A DNA stretch of 64,000 bases from Bacteroidota bacterium (GTDB lineage: Bacteria > Bacteroidota > Bacteroidia > AKYH767-A > OLB10). Position 1 is the first letter of the stretch. Each line of letters starts with the position of its first letter. The notes under the pieces are model-generated. The model did no database searches, was not told where the DNA came from, and saw nothing but the letters and a program-made list of their open reading frames with translations. This document shows, piece after piece, positions 38,233 through 48,462 of the stretch. Position numbers and translations under genes: made by a program. The DNA is taken from positions 14,582 through 78,581 of the forward strand of contig JANXSD010000149.1 of the NCBI GenBank assembly GCA_025352785.1, given 5' to 3'.

Positions 38233-39909
38233 TTACTGTGCTATTTTAATGATTTTTCCACTTAGTAATTGTTGTGTTGATATCAATCGATATAAGTAGG
38301 TTCCACTTTTGAATTTCGCAATATCCAACTCCATATTTGTAGTTGTTATTTTTTGTTCTAAGAGGAGTTTCCCTTCCAACGAATACAATTGAAAGTCGAA
38401 TGTTTCGTAATTATTTTTTTTGATACTGATTTTATCATTTACCAAAGTTGAAATATTTATTGATGTATTATCAGATAAATTAGGCAATCCAGTTAAAACG
38501 CCTATCGTACCCGTTGCACTAATATTTTGAGCGTAAATTCCTCTGTCGTTTCTTTCATCTTCCCAAACACAAACAACTTGGCCATTCTTAAAATCACTGC
38601 ATGAAGCATTTGTTTTATTGCTAGCTGCCGATGAAATGGAAATGCCTGTCCAAATTAATGAGCCAGTATAATCCATCTTTAGACCACGCATCTGGTTATT
38701 TCCAAAAGTTCCTTGGGTATATAATGTGATAAAACCATTTCCTGCATCCGACCAATCATACGGCTCAGCATAAAGTGTACTTGATAGTGGAACAAGAAGC
38801 GCCCCATTTGTTGTAAGTTGTGCAACACCAGCGGTATCTAATGATTGCCCATAAACACCAGAAAGTGATTGGCCAGAATCCAATACTTTCAACAAAACAT
38901 AGATAAGATTGTCCGCACTTCTAAAAGTTAATTTTCTAATATTTTTATTGTTCGATGCTAAAGCAGAAACTTCTTTACCATTTGTAGTCCAAGCGAGTGA
39001 ACCATTAGCCCTGATATGTTGAACAAACACATCATTTTGAAATGGGTTACCAGGTGTGCCAGTATCAAATCCAACATAACAACCATCATTATTATCACTA
39101 ATTACTTTTGGTATTGCAGCAAAACCTGTAGTATATGTTGAGACAGTAATATTCGCAGGCCAAATGGGTACTCCATTCATGTCAAATTGTTGAGCCTTTA
39201 TCGTACTAACGCCCAATCCGCTTCCAGTTTCCATTATAAAAACAATAATAAATTGTTCATTTGAAATGCCAATAACTGTTGGTCGGCTATATTTTAGTGC
39301 TCCTGAAATAATTTTAGGTGTTGACCAAGTTAAAAGCCCAGCAGAACTAATCTTTTGGTAAGGAACAGCTTTCCAATTTCCTGATCCACCAGCATTCCAA
39401 GAGATTACTACATCATTATTAGATAGAATTCCAATTTTAGGAGCAAGTTCAGAAGTAGCCGTATCCACATGTAAGGTGATTCCATTTATTCCCCATAATT
39501 CATTTCCTGTCGTATCAATTTTGTAAGCATATATTCCAAGATTTCCACTTCGTTGATCTTGAAAAGCAAGTATGGCATTCCCTTGAAGGTCAATTTTCAA
39601 ATCATATTTGAACAATGCAGTATTTTGTGGATGATTACTTACTAATAAACCAGAATTGCCAAATAACTTATTCCCAAGACTGTCTAATAATTGCATTTTC
39701 ATTAAATAACCACTTGTAGAATTTTCAAAATAGGAGATGAAAGTTTTACCATCGATTGTATTTGCTTGAAGAGGGGTAGCTTCTTCATAAACTGGTATAT
39801 CACTAATCACAGTATTTAGTAAACTATTCGAAGTCCACTGTGCAACACAGTTGTTATTTAATATCGTAACAAAGAGTACGCATAAGATGAATACAATACT
39901 TTTTTTCAT
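38233..39909 (-). CDS. Secreted beta-rich protein with T9SS type A C-terminal sorting domain
   Basis: Signal peptide; repeated W...G..(I/V) blades and WEDERN...IYAQN; CTD LYSLEGKLL...GTYLYRL...KIIK. Confidence 0.85.
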   Translation of the reverse strand: MKKSIVFILCVLFVTILNNNCVAQWTSNSLLNTVISDIPVYEEATPLQANTIDGKTFISYFENSTSGYLMKMQLLDSLGNKLFGNSGLLVSNHPQNTALFKYDLKIDLQGNAILAFQDQRSGNLGIYAYKIDTTGNELWGINGITLHVDTATSELAPKIGILSNNDVVISWNAGGSGNWKAVPYQKISSAGLLTWSTPKIISGALKYSRPTVIGISNEQFIIVFIMETGSGLGVSTIKAQQFDMNGVPIWPANITVSTYTTGFAAIPKVISDNNDGCYVGFDTGTPGNPFQNDVFVQHIRANGSLAWTTNGKEVSALASNNKNIRKLTFRSADNLIYVLLKVLDSGQSLSGVYGQSLDTAGVAQLTTNGALLVPLSSTLYAEPYDWSDAGNGFITLYTQGTFGNNQMRGLKMDYTGSLIWTGISISSAASNKTNASCSDFKNGQVVCVWEDERNDRGIYAQNISATGTIGVLTGLPNLSDNTSINISTLVNDKISIKKNNYETFDFQLYSLEGKLLLEQKITTTNMELDIAKFKSGTYLYRLISTQQLLSGKIIKIAQ

Positions 39910-40084
39910 TGGAATTTTATTGGTTGTTAAATGTATTTATTAGCAATATAACAAGGAAGCTTAATTAGGTAAAGCTATGAAAAAAAATGACTTCAAGTAA
40001 TAAAATGTATTTTGTTCAATCGATGTTCTCCATTAAAATTAAGTATTTTTGTGATTCCAATTTAAAAATAAAACAATACTTATT

Positions 40085-40393
40085 ATGTTGAAAATTTATC
40101 TATCAGTATTTTGCTTAATTCTTTTAATTACTTTTTATAGTTGTAAACCTTCCATGTATACACCTACTGCTAGTTTGGTGAGTGCTTCCACTACACTCGA
40201 AACCTTGATTGAAGGAAGAAGTATTTACATGAACAAATGTGGTGAATGCCATCGTTTACATCGACCATCTCAATATTCATCTTCCGAGTGGAGGCATAGC
40301 GTTGATAAAATGCAAAAACGAGCTCATATTACTGATACAGAAAAAGAAATGGTTTATCAATATTTAATTGCCTATCCTAAAAAGAAATCATAA
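40085..40393 (+). CDS. Small c-type cytochrome lipoprotein
   Basis: Lipobox FYSC; single CGECH heme-binding motif; W...VDKM supplies a candidate distal Met. Confidence 0.8.
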   Translation: MLKIYLSVFCLILLITFYSCKPSMYTPTASLVSASTTLETLIEGRSIYMNKCGECHRLHRPSQYSSSEWRHSVDKMQKRAHITDTEKEMVYQYLIAYPKKKS

Positions 40394-40415
40394 TAATTTC
40401 ATTTTTTTGGTTCGC

Positions 40416-40808
40416 TCACCAATCTCCCAAAAATTCATCTATATTACGTCTATCTTTCTTTGTTGGTCGCCCAGCACCACTTTTTATGTCCCAAGAAGCG
40501 AGTGCCGCTTGATATGATTTTAGCCGATCAAGTTCTTCCACAGGAGTAATGTCTTCGCAAAAATCTTTTACCATTGAAGCTCCTATTCTTTTTTCTTGAA
40601 GCTGAAGTACTTTTACTGATTGATGCCAGGGTCCTCTATGAATATGGATGATTTCTCCGGGCTTTATCAATCTGCTGGCTTTTACTTCAAGTATTCCAAT
40701 TTTTATTCTTCCTTTTTCACACGCTTCTGCAGCTAAACTTCTGGTTTTATAGAGACGAACTGCCCACATCCATTTGTCAATTCTAATTTTTTCAGTAAGA
40801 TTTGTCAT
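40416..40808 (-). CDS. hslR: Ribosome-associated heat shock protein Hsp15 (S4 domain)
   Basis: RIDKWMWAVRLYKTRS and GRPTKKDRR motifs. Confidence 0.92.
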   Translation of the reverse strand: MTNLTEKIRIDKWMWAVRLYKTRSLAAEACEKGRIKIGILEVKASRLIKPGEIIHIHRGPWHQSVKVLQLQEKRIGASMVKDFCEDITPVEELDRLKSYQAALASWDIKSGAGRPTKKDRRNIDEFLGDW

Positions 40809-41059
40809 TTCTTAAAAATAATGAAGTGTAATGCAAGAGTATAGTACATTTTATTGCTATTTTCAGGTTGCAATTTCGTAATATTTTTCTAATAATCATG
40901 CTTGCCATATTCATTATTGAATTTTTCATTTTGAAGGTAGTAATTCTCCATCTTTTAAACTTAATAAAAATAAGCTATTATATGATTTCCAATTTAAATC
41001 CGTTTTTTTAATGATCGATCCAATTCCTTTTGTAGTTTCGTGGTAACACTAACAAGCAG

Positions 41060-42904
41060 ATGAAATTTCCATCCATAAAAATCTTAGAACAAGAATTTAT
41101 TCGCACTTTCAAGCGATTTCCATTAGCATTGCTATGTTCGATATTAGCAACGTATGTTTGTTGTTCATTTATTAGTAATAATAAATTCGCTACAGAGAAT
41201 GTAATGATTCATCTATTAATGACTTTCTATTTAGGGATGATAAGTTTCGTAAGTATTACTTTGTTTTTTAACAGATATACAATTCGTGAAACAACTCAAT
41301 GGATAATTAATCTCCTTATTGTTGGATTGATGATAGTTTATTTTAAAATGTTGCCTGATGAAGAAATATCGTTGCAAGTAACAGCGCAGTTTTTTATTTT
41401 GACGTTGGCCGCTCATCTTTCAGTTGCTTTCTCACCTTATTTGGTAACTTTAGAAATCAATGGATTTTGGCAATACAATAAAACACTATTTCTTCGGTTC
41501 ATTACGTCGTCGTTATATTCTATAGTTTTATATGTTGGTTTAGCACTCGCCTTTCTAGCAATTGATAATTTATTTGATGTAAATATTCCTGATAAAACAT
41601 ATGGATACTTAGCTTGCCTAATTGGAGTCGTTTTTAATACGTGGTTCTTTTTAGCGGGCATCCCAGTCAATATTCAACAACTCCAAATTAATCAAGATTA
41701 CCCTAAAGGTTTACGTGTTTTTACACAGTTTGTACTATTACCTTTAGTAACGATTTACCTGGTGATTTTATATACATACACTGCAAAAATTTTACTTACA
41801 ATGCACTGGCCACATGGCTGGGTTTCTTATTTGGTAATTGGATTTTCTACTGCTGGAATTTTAGCTTTGTTATTAGTTTGGCCTTTGCGTGAAGATGAAA
41901 ATCATAAATGGATTAGCAATTATACGAAGGGATTTTTCATGGCTCTATTTCCTCTAATTGTACTGTTATGTTTTGCGATTGGCCGCCGTGTTGTTGAATA
42001 CGGAATTACAGAAAACAGATATTTTATTATTGCCTTAGCGATTTGGTTATTTGCCAATGCAATTTATTTCTTGGTGAGTAAACGTAAAAATATTAAGGTA
42101 ATTCCGATGAGTCTTTTTGTGGTTGCACTTCTTTCTGGATTTGGTCCAATAAATGGCTTTTCTATAAGTAAACGAAGTCAATTAAATCGATTAGAAAAAA
42201 TTCTCGTTAAAAATAATATCCTAGAAAATGGAAAGGTAAAGCGTTCTAAAAATAAAACATTCATTGACGATCAAATAGCAATTAGTTCCATTATTTACTA
42301 TATGACAATAGCACATTCTTACAAAGATTTACAACCATATTTTTACCAAAATTTAGATTCCTTAATTCATCCAGAAAAAGGTAAATATGTTTTCAAACCT
42401 GCTGCCCTTATGGATTTAATGGGTTTAGAATACAATCTTTCTAAAACTGATTACGCTGAAAATCCTCATGGATATCCAAATTATCATTATAGTTCAAAGC
42501 GTCAAAATTATTTAAAGGTTACTGGTTATGATTTTGAATTTCCAATAAAAATTTACTGTTACAATGAGTCTGGTGATCATAAATTTTCGAACAAGGTTCT
42601 TTTAGACAGTATCCCTTTTGACTGGAATTACAAAAAGGGAGATTGGTTTGTTAATTTGAAATATGACTCGGATTCTACATTGAACATTGATCTAAAACCA
42701 TTGCTTTTCCAGTTAAAAAAGATGTATGGGACGGAAAGTTATGAGGTAAGTCCCAATTTTATGACCATCGAATTTGCTAATGAAACAATGTCAGGACTGA
42801 TTAAAATTGAGGATATTAATACCGACATTAGTCATGATTCCACTCGTTTAGAATTGAACTCACTAGAGGCAGAAATTCTTTTAAAGGTTGCGTTAAAAAA
42901 ATGA
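41060..42904 (+). CDS. DUF4153-like polytopic membrane protein
   Basis: RFP, GFWQYN, YPKGL...PLV.IY.VILY and RRVVEYGITENRY motifs; soluble C-terminus. Confidence 0.8.
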   Translation: MKFPSIKILEQEFIRTFKRFPLALLCSILATYVCCSFISNNKFATENVMIHLLMTFYLGMISFVSITLFFNRYTIRETTQWIINLLIVGLMIVYFKMLPDEEISLQVTAQFFILTLAAHLSVAFSPYLVTLEINGFWQYNKTLFLRFITSSLYSIVLYVGLALAFLAIDNLFDVNIPDKTYGYLACLIGVVFNTWFFLAGIPVNIQQLQINQDYPKGLRVFTQFVLLPLVTIYLVILYTYTAKILLTMHWPHGWVSYLVIGFSTAGILALLLVWPLREDENHKWISNYTKGFFMALFPLIVLLCFAIGRRVVEYGITENRYFIIALAIWLFANAIYFLVSKRKNIKVIPMSLFVVALLSGFGPINGFSISKRSQLNRLEKILVKNNILENGKVKRSKNKTFIDDQIAISSIIYYMTIAHSYKDLQPYFYQNLDSLIHPEKGKYVFKPAALMDLMGLEYNLSKTDYAENPHGYPNYHYSSKRQNYLKVTGYDFEFPIKIYCYNESGDHKFSNKVLLDSIPFDWNYKKGDWFVNLKYDSDSTLNIDLKPLLFQLKKMYGTESYEVSPNFMTIEFANETMSGLIKIEDINTDISHDSTRLELNSLEAEILLKVALKK

Positions 42905-42998
42905 CCTATTATTAAAATTGATTTGATTACCTTTATTCTACTATTACTCGATTATTTAGTCATTAATATACCATCAACAATTTAACCTTATCAACACT

Positions 42999-45245
42999 AT
43001 GAATAAAAGCTTTACAAATCTATTAAGCATTATATTAACAGTCATATTGATGCTCTCGATTAATAATAAATCGATTGCTGCAACGGGTGATACAACTGTT
43101 GTAACTGCTCAAAATGCAGTGCACATGGGTTCTCATGGAAATTATAATGCTTGGGCTCTATTTCCAGATTCTACAAAAAAGTATGGAAAAGTCATATTGA
43201 AATATCGAATAGGCTGCCCAAATCAGGCCTGTTCATCTTGGGATTATACTACACAACTTTTTGCTGAAGTTCATACAGGTGCATGGGATAGTACAGTAAC
43301 TCATTATCCGGATTTTCAAGTTAATGGTGTGGAGATTGATACTTTTAGATATAATACTTCTATTACCTATACTACTTACTATAATAGTACTTTAAATGCA
43401 ATGGATTCTTTTCCTGCAACCAAACAAACAATTCAGTATTATGCTGACCCGCAAAATCCAACAACAATAACTTCAACCAGCTTAGTTTATCCAGGAAATT
43501 ATTACAATTATATTTACAATAATATCGGGGTTATTATAGACTCTAATTTAGTTGGTTATAGCAATACATTGATCGTGAATTTTCATAATGTTTATACTCC
43601 TTTTAAAGTTATTGAACCTTTTGAACTAGCAAGAGTAATGACGCCCTATGGAAGTACGTATTCTTCTACTTGGGGTCGTGATTTCATTTATGATGTAACT
43701 GATTATGCTATCCTACTTCATGATAGTATCAATATGAGAATTTTTTATGATGGTTGGTCTGATGGATTTGCAGCATCTGTAACATTTTATTTTATCGAAG
43801 GTACTCCTCCTCGAAATGTGAAACGTGTTAGAAATATTTATCCGGATGCTTTTTATTCGATTGGAAATGCTTCCAATCCGGTAGAAAACCATTTAACTTT
43901 AAAATCATTTGATATCAATGCTAATGAACACATGGCGCTCATTAGAATTATTCCATCAGGACATGCTAATGGCACACAAAGTTGTGCTGAATTTTGTTCT
44001 AAAAGCTATAAACTATTAATTAATGGAACGCAACGTTTTACTCAAGCAATTTGGAGAAATGATTGTGGACTAAATCCGCTTCTTGCCCAAAATGGAACGT
44101 GGATTTATGATCGTGCTAACTGGTGCCCAGGTGAAAAGACATTACGTAAAGATCATGAGTTAACTCCTTATATAACTTCGGGAAGTCCAGTAACTATAGA
44201 TATGAATTTAGATCCATATTCAAATACAGATGCAACTCAAAATCCTGGATATTATATCGATTCACATTTGATAACGTATGATTCTATAAATTTCGTTTAC
44301 AATGCTGCAATAGAAGAAATCGTTGCACCAAATTCAGATCTTGATCATTCTCGTGTTAATCCAATCTGTAAAAATCCAATTGTTGTTATAAAAAATTATG
44401 GATCTCAAACTTTAACTTCTTGTACTATTATTTATGGAATTAAAGGGGGAACTTTACAATCTTATAACTGGACTGGCAGTCTTGCATTTAATCAAATTGC
44501 TACAGTTTCATTAGGTAGTTTAACATTTGGAAGTAGTACTGGTACACCTGATATTTTTCAAGCATGGACTACTAATCCAAATGGAAATGCAGATCAATAT
44601 GCATACAATGATACGTTATCATCTACGATTGCATTTACCTCTATGATTCCACCACAGTTTATCATTTATTGGAAAACCAATTTGGCATATACTCAAACTA
44701 CTTATCAATTAAAGGATGATGCAGGTAATGTGGTTTATTCCAACGGCACATTATCCTCACAACATATTTTTAGAGATACCATAAATCTAGCTTCAGGTTG
44801 TTATGAATTAAAATTTAATGATACGGGAAAGGATGGTTTAAATTTCCCATATAATACTTCTGGTGCTGGATTCATGCAACTTAGAAAATCTGATGGAACT
44901 TTTGCATTGCTAAAGATGTTCGAACCCAATTTCGGAACTTCACTAGTTTATAATTTTACTGTTGGTTATGTAACTGGCGTTGATGAAATTGTTAAAGATG
45001 CTATTTTCCAAATTGCACCAAATCCAACTCAAGGAAATTTTACTATCAATTTGATTCTTCCGAAAAGAGAAGATGTGCAAATACTAGTAGTAAATCAATT
45101 AGGACAAACAATTAGTTCTGTAAATAAGCCTGGATTTTATCAAGATTTTATTGAAATGAATCTTGAAGGTAAACCAGCAGGAATGTATTATGTGGTGGTT
45201 AAAACAAAATCAACTGTCATCACTAAAAAGTTGATTATACAATAA
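42999..45245 (+). CDS. Peptide-N-glycosidase F-related protein with T9SS type A sorting domain
   Basis: CSSWDY, FELARVMTPYG, GH...CAEFC and GTWIYDRANWCPG motifs; CTD IAPNPTQG...GMYYV...KKLIIQ. Confidence 0.88.
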   Translation: MNKSFTNLLSIILTVILMLSINNKSIAATGDTTVVTAQNAVHMGSHGNYNAWALFPDSTKKYGKVILKYRIGCPNQACSSWDYTTQLFAEVHTGAWDSTVTHYPDFQVNGVEIDTFRYNTSITYTTYYNSTLNAMDSFPATKQTIQYYADPQNPTTITSTSLVYPGNYYNYIYNNIGVIIDSNLVGYSNTLIVNFHNVYTPFKVIEPFELARVMTPYGSTYSSTWGRDFIYDVTDYAILLHDSINMRIFYDGWSDGFAASVTFYFIEGTPPRNVKRVRNIYPDAFYSIGNASNPVENHLTLKSFDINANEHMALIRIIPSGHANGTQSCAEFCSKSYKLLINGTQRFTQAIWRNDCGLNPLLAQNGTWIYDRANWCPGEKTLRKDHELTPYITSGSPVTIDMNLDPYSNTDATQNPGYYIDSHLITYDSINFVYNAAIEEIVAPNSDLDHSRVNPICKNPIVVIKNYGSQTLTSCTIIYGIKGGTLQSYNWTGSLAFNQIATVSLGSLTFGSSTGTPDIFQAWTTNPNGNADQYAYNDTLSSTIAFTSMIPPQFIIYWKTNLAYTQTTYQLKDDAGNVVYSNGTLSSQHIFRDTINLASGCYELKFNDTGKDGLNFPYNTSGAGFMQLRKSDGTFALLKMFEPNFGTSLVYNFTVGYVTGVDEIVKDAIFQIAPNPTQGNFTINLILPKREDVQILVVNQLGQTISSVNKPGFYQDFIEMNLEGKPAGMYYVVVKTKSTVITKKLIIQ

Positions 45246-45256
45246 ATTTAATTAGT

Positions 45257-45296
45257 AAAAAAAATGGGAAGCAGAAATGTTTCCCATTTTTTTTTT
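45257..45296. terminator. Bidirectional intrinsic terminator
   Basis: aaaaaaaatgggaagca-gaaa-tgtttcccattttttttt between convergent genes. Confidence 0.85.
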
Positions 45297-45299
45297 AAT

Positions 45300-46019
45300 T
45301 TAACTCACGAATACCCCAATTAATCCTCCCGTAATTATCGCAACCATTTTGTATAAATTAAAACGATGATTACTACTTGATTCAAATAATATAGTGGTAC
45401 TAATATGTAAAAATATTCCTATCACAATGGCCATCATTTTATCAAACCATCCAGAATAATCAGCTAACAAATTTCCTCCAATAAAAATACTGGAGAAGGC
45501 TCCCAAAGGTGCCATGATTGCAAACAATGCTAAATAGGTTATAACTTTAGTTTTACTTATTCCAGAAGCAACTAGCATGCTCACGAGCGCAAATGCAACA
45601 GGTAAATGGTGAAGTATGATTCCAATTAAAAGTGATCGGTCATTGGATCCGTTTGATAATTTACCTGCGAGTGGCATACCTTCCAATAGACTGTGTAAAC
45701 ATAAACTCAACATCATTGTCGTAGGGAAAGCACCTTTGTGATCATGTTGAATATGCATGTGTCCATGTTCAATTCCTTCTGAGAAAAATTCCATAATAAT
45801 CTGAAGAAAAAATCCAATCATTATCCATACACCAATCGAGGCTGTGTTGTGTTGATATAATTCTGGCATCAAATGCAATACAGTAAGCGCAAAGAGAAAT
45901 GCGCCAGAAAAGGATAAAATTAATTTTAGAAAATTCGGACCAGGGTTTTTAATGATGAAATAACCTATTCCACTTATCATCACACTGCCAAATAATAAAA
46001 AATAATCAGTTAATTGCAT
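45300..46019 (-). CDS. ZIP family metal transporter
   Basis: HLMPE, His-rich loop EHGHMHIQHDH, LHSLLEG and LHHLP motifs. Confidence 0.9.
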   Translation of the reverse strand: MQLTDYFLLFGSVMISGIGYFIIKNPGPNFLKLILSFSGAFLFALTVLHLMPELYQHNTASIGVWIMIGFFLQIIMEFFSEGIEHGHMHIQHDHKGAFPTTMMLSLCLHSLLEGMPLAGKLSNGSNDRSLLIGIILHHLPVAFALVSMLVASGISKTKVITYLALFAIMAPLGAFSSIFIGGNLLADYSGWFDKMMAIVIGIFLHISTTILFESSSNHRFNLYKMVAIITGGLIGVFVS

Positions 46020-46020
46020 G

Positions 46021-46764
46021 TTATAATTTTCTTGCTACAATTATTAATCGTGTAGAATTTATATTGTCAAAAGGATGTAAATCATAATCACCATAATATT
46101 CAAGTAACGATAATCCCGATTTAATAAGAAACTGATGAATGTCTTCGAGGTGCAATGTTCTCACTTCTTCGTGAAAAACATGATGTTCTCCTTCCGCTTC
46201 AAAAATGATATCTTTAACTATAAATCCACGTTCAATTTTCTTTTGAATTTTAAATGTAATTCCATTTATTGTTTTAGTTTGCTCAGGTACTAATTCTTGT
46301 AACGCCTTGTGCGCATTAAAAAAATCTAATACAAAATATCCGCCTTTAACTAATCCCTTTGCGGAGGATCGTATTACTAATTCGTTTTCATAATCTTTTT
46401 CAAAATATCCAAAACTTGTAAATAAATTCATCACTGCATCAAAATAATTTACCCTTACAACTTGACGCATATCATGCTCATAAAACTCTAATGTATCACT
46501 TTCAAATTGCTTGCAATATTGAATATTGCTTTCCGATAAATCGACTCCAACTACGTTTAATCCTCTTTCATTTAAATAGCGAGAATGCCTTCCCTTCCCG
46601 CACGCCAAATCTAAAATCTTAGAACCTTTAGGAAGATGTAAGCGCTCTAATAAATGATGAATGAATAACTGCGCTTCATCATTATCACGATTACTATAAA
46701 GTATATGATAATAGGGAGAATCAAACCATGACTCAAACCAATTCGGTTTCATTTCAGAATTCAT
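46021..46764 (-). CDS. Class I SAM-dependent methyltransferase
   Basis: WFDSPYYHILY, LDLACGKGRH and NLFTSFGYF motifs. Confidence 0.92.
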   Translation of the reverse strand: MNSEMKPNWFESWFDSPYYHILYSNRDNDEAQLFIHHLLERLHLPKGSKILDLACGKGRHSRYLNERGLNVVGVDLSESNIQYCKQFESDTLEFYEHDMRQVVRVNYFDAVMNLFTSFGYFEKDYENELVIRSSAKGLVKGGYFVLDFFNAHKALQELVPEQTKTINGITFKIQKKIERGFIVKDIIFEAEGEHHVFHEEVRTLHLEDIHQFLIKSGLSLLEYYGDYDLHPFDNINSTRLIIVARKL

Positions 46765-47331
46765 TATGTAAGAATCATTGTTTGTGATATTTTATTATGC
46801 GAGATAGGTAAACTATTCTCCCAAATGCTCATTTATTAAAACTGTTTGCTCTTTAACAATTCCAATTATTAGGTGAAGATAATTCGTTAATTTCATCTCA
46901 CTTTCTAATATTTAGCGAAGATATTCTTTAATGAAATTACAAACTCGTGTATTTTCAATTAAGTAGCTTTTCTAATGTTGAGCCAAATAACTTGTGTTGT
47001 TCAACTACTTCAAAATTAGCTAAATAGGAGATGGTTTAGTTGAATTACTTTTTTATATTAATTGATGAAATGAATTCGCGACAACTAAAGCTCATCGTAG
47101 CAATCATTCCCTATTAACTGCTTTAGCAATAATACTCTTAAATAAAATTAAATGATTTCTCGAGTAAGTTTAACAGTTTCATACTACAGCTACTTTAAAA
47201 TGATAAATGGAAATTTATTATTGATTCAAAATCACTCCTCTAATAAATTTTCTTTTTTTCATTTTATCTCTTAATATCTTGAACATTTCAACGAATAATC
47301 TTTAATTTTGACAATACTTTTTAGTAAAACT

Positions 47332-48462
47332 ATGGGCAAGGGTAGAAATCCACTTCATATTCGAAATCGTAAAAACCGACGTACTCCTCCCGGGGCAGCT
47401 CCTGGTTCCATAAACCTCGCCGATGATGCTAATAAACCTCGTCTTTCGATTACTTCCTTTGGTCCTGATGATTTATTTGAATTGCCTGTACAGTCCTTAG
47501 TTGACATTAATCATCGGATTAAGCAATATCCATCGTTAGTACATTGGATAGAAATTAGAGGATTTGGAGATAAGAAACTCTTAGAAGAAATCTGCACTGA
47601 GTTCGACATTCATCGTTTAGAAATGGAGGATGTGATTAATACTTACCAACGGCCAAAATTGGAAGAACATTTCGGACACTTATTTTTAATTACACGTATG
47701 CTTTGCCATCTCAAAGACGGTGGCATGCGAAATGACCAATTGTCATTGTTTCTTTCTAGCAAAGTGGTGGTAACCATGCAAGAACAGTATGACGATTTTT
47801 TCGAACCTGTTCGTTCACGAATAAGAGCTGGAAAAGGAAGTTTAAGAAATAGTGGAGCGGATTATTTAACCTATACTTTACTAGATTCAATTGTTGATAT
47901 TTATTTTCCTATTCTTGAAGCTATAGGTGATGAGCTCGACTTGTTAGAAGATGAATTGTTTGATAAACCTACTCGAGCTTCTCTTCAAAAAATTCAAATT
48001 ATTAAACGCGAACTCATTGTTTTTAGAAGAACAATATTTGCAGAACGTGATAAAATAAACGATTTACTTCGAACACATACTGTTTATATCAGCGATCAAA
48101 CAAAATTATATTTAAGAGATACGTATGATCATATTATTCAAGTAATGGATCTTGTTGAAAGTTACAAAGAAATTACCGCTTCATTAATGGATATTTATCT
48201 CTCTAGCGTAAGTAATCGGATGAATCAAATTATGAAAGTGCTTGCAGTGATTTCTACCATCTTTATTCCTTTAACCTTTATTGTTGGTGTTTACGGAATG
48301 AACTTTTCAACTGTTGATCCTATTACGGGTAAAATTTTACCACTCAACATGCCTGAATTGTATTCACCTTATGGATATACTTTTGTGTGGATTTTTATGT
48401 TGGTACTTGTTGCGATTCAATTGATAATTTTTTGGCGTAAAGGTTGGCTCGAAAAAACATGA
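47332..48462 (+). CDS. corA: Magnesium/cobalt transporter CorA
   Basis: QRPKLE, YLRDTYDH and PLTFIVGVYGMNF...MPEL signature; ATG 47332 preferred. Confidence 0.95.
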   Translation: MGKGRNPLHIRNRKNRRTPPGAAPGSINLADDANKPRLSITSFGPDDLFELPVQSLVDINHRIKQYPSLVHWIEIRGFGDKKLLEEICTEFDIHRLEMEDVINTYQRPKLEEHFGHLFLITRMLCHLKDGGMRNDQLSLFLSSKVVVTMQEQYDDFFEPVRSRIRAGKGSLRNSGADYLTYTLLDSIVDIYFPILEAIGDELDLLEDELFDKPTRASLQKIQIIKRELIVFRRTIFAERDKINDLLRTHTVYISDQTKLYLRDTYDHIIQVMDLVESYKEITASLMDIYLSSVSNRMNQIMKVLAVISTIFIPLTFIVGVYGMNFSTVDPITGKILPLNMPELYSPYGYTFVWIFMLVLVAIQLIIFWRKGWLEKT

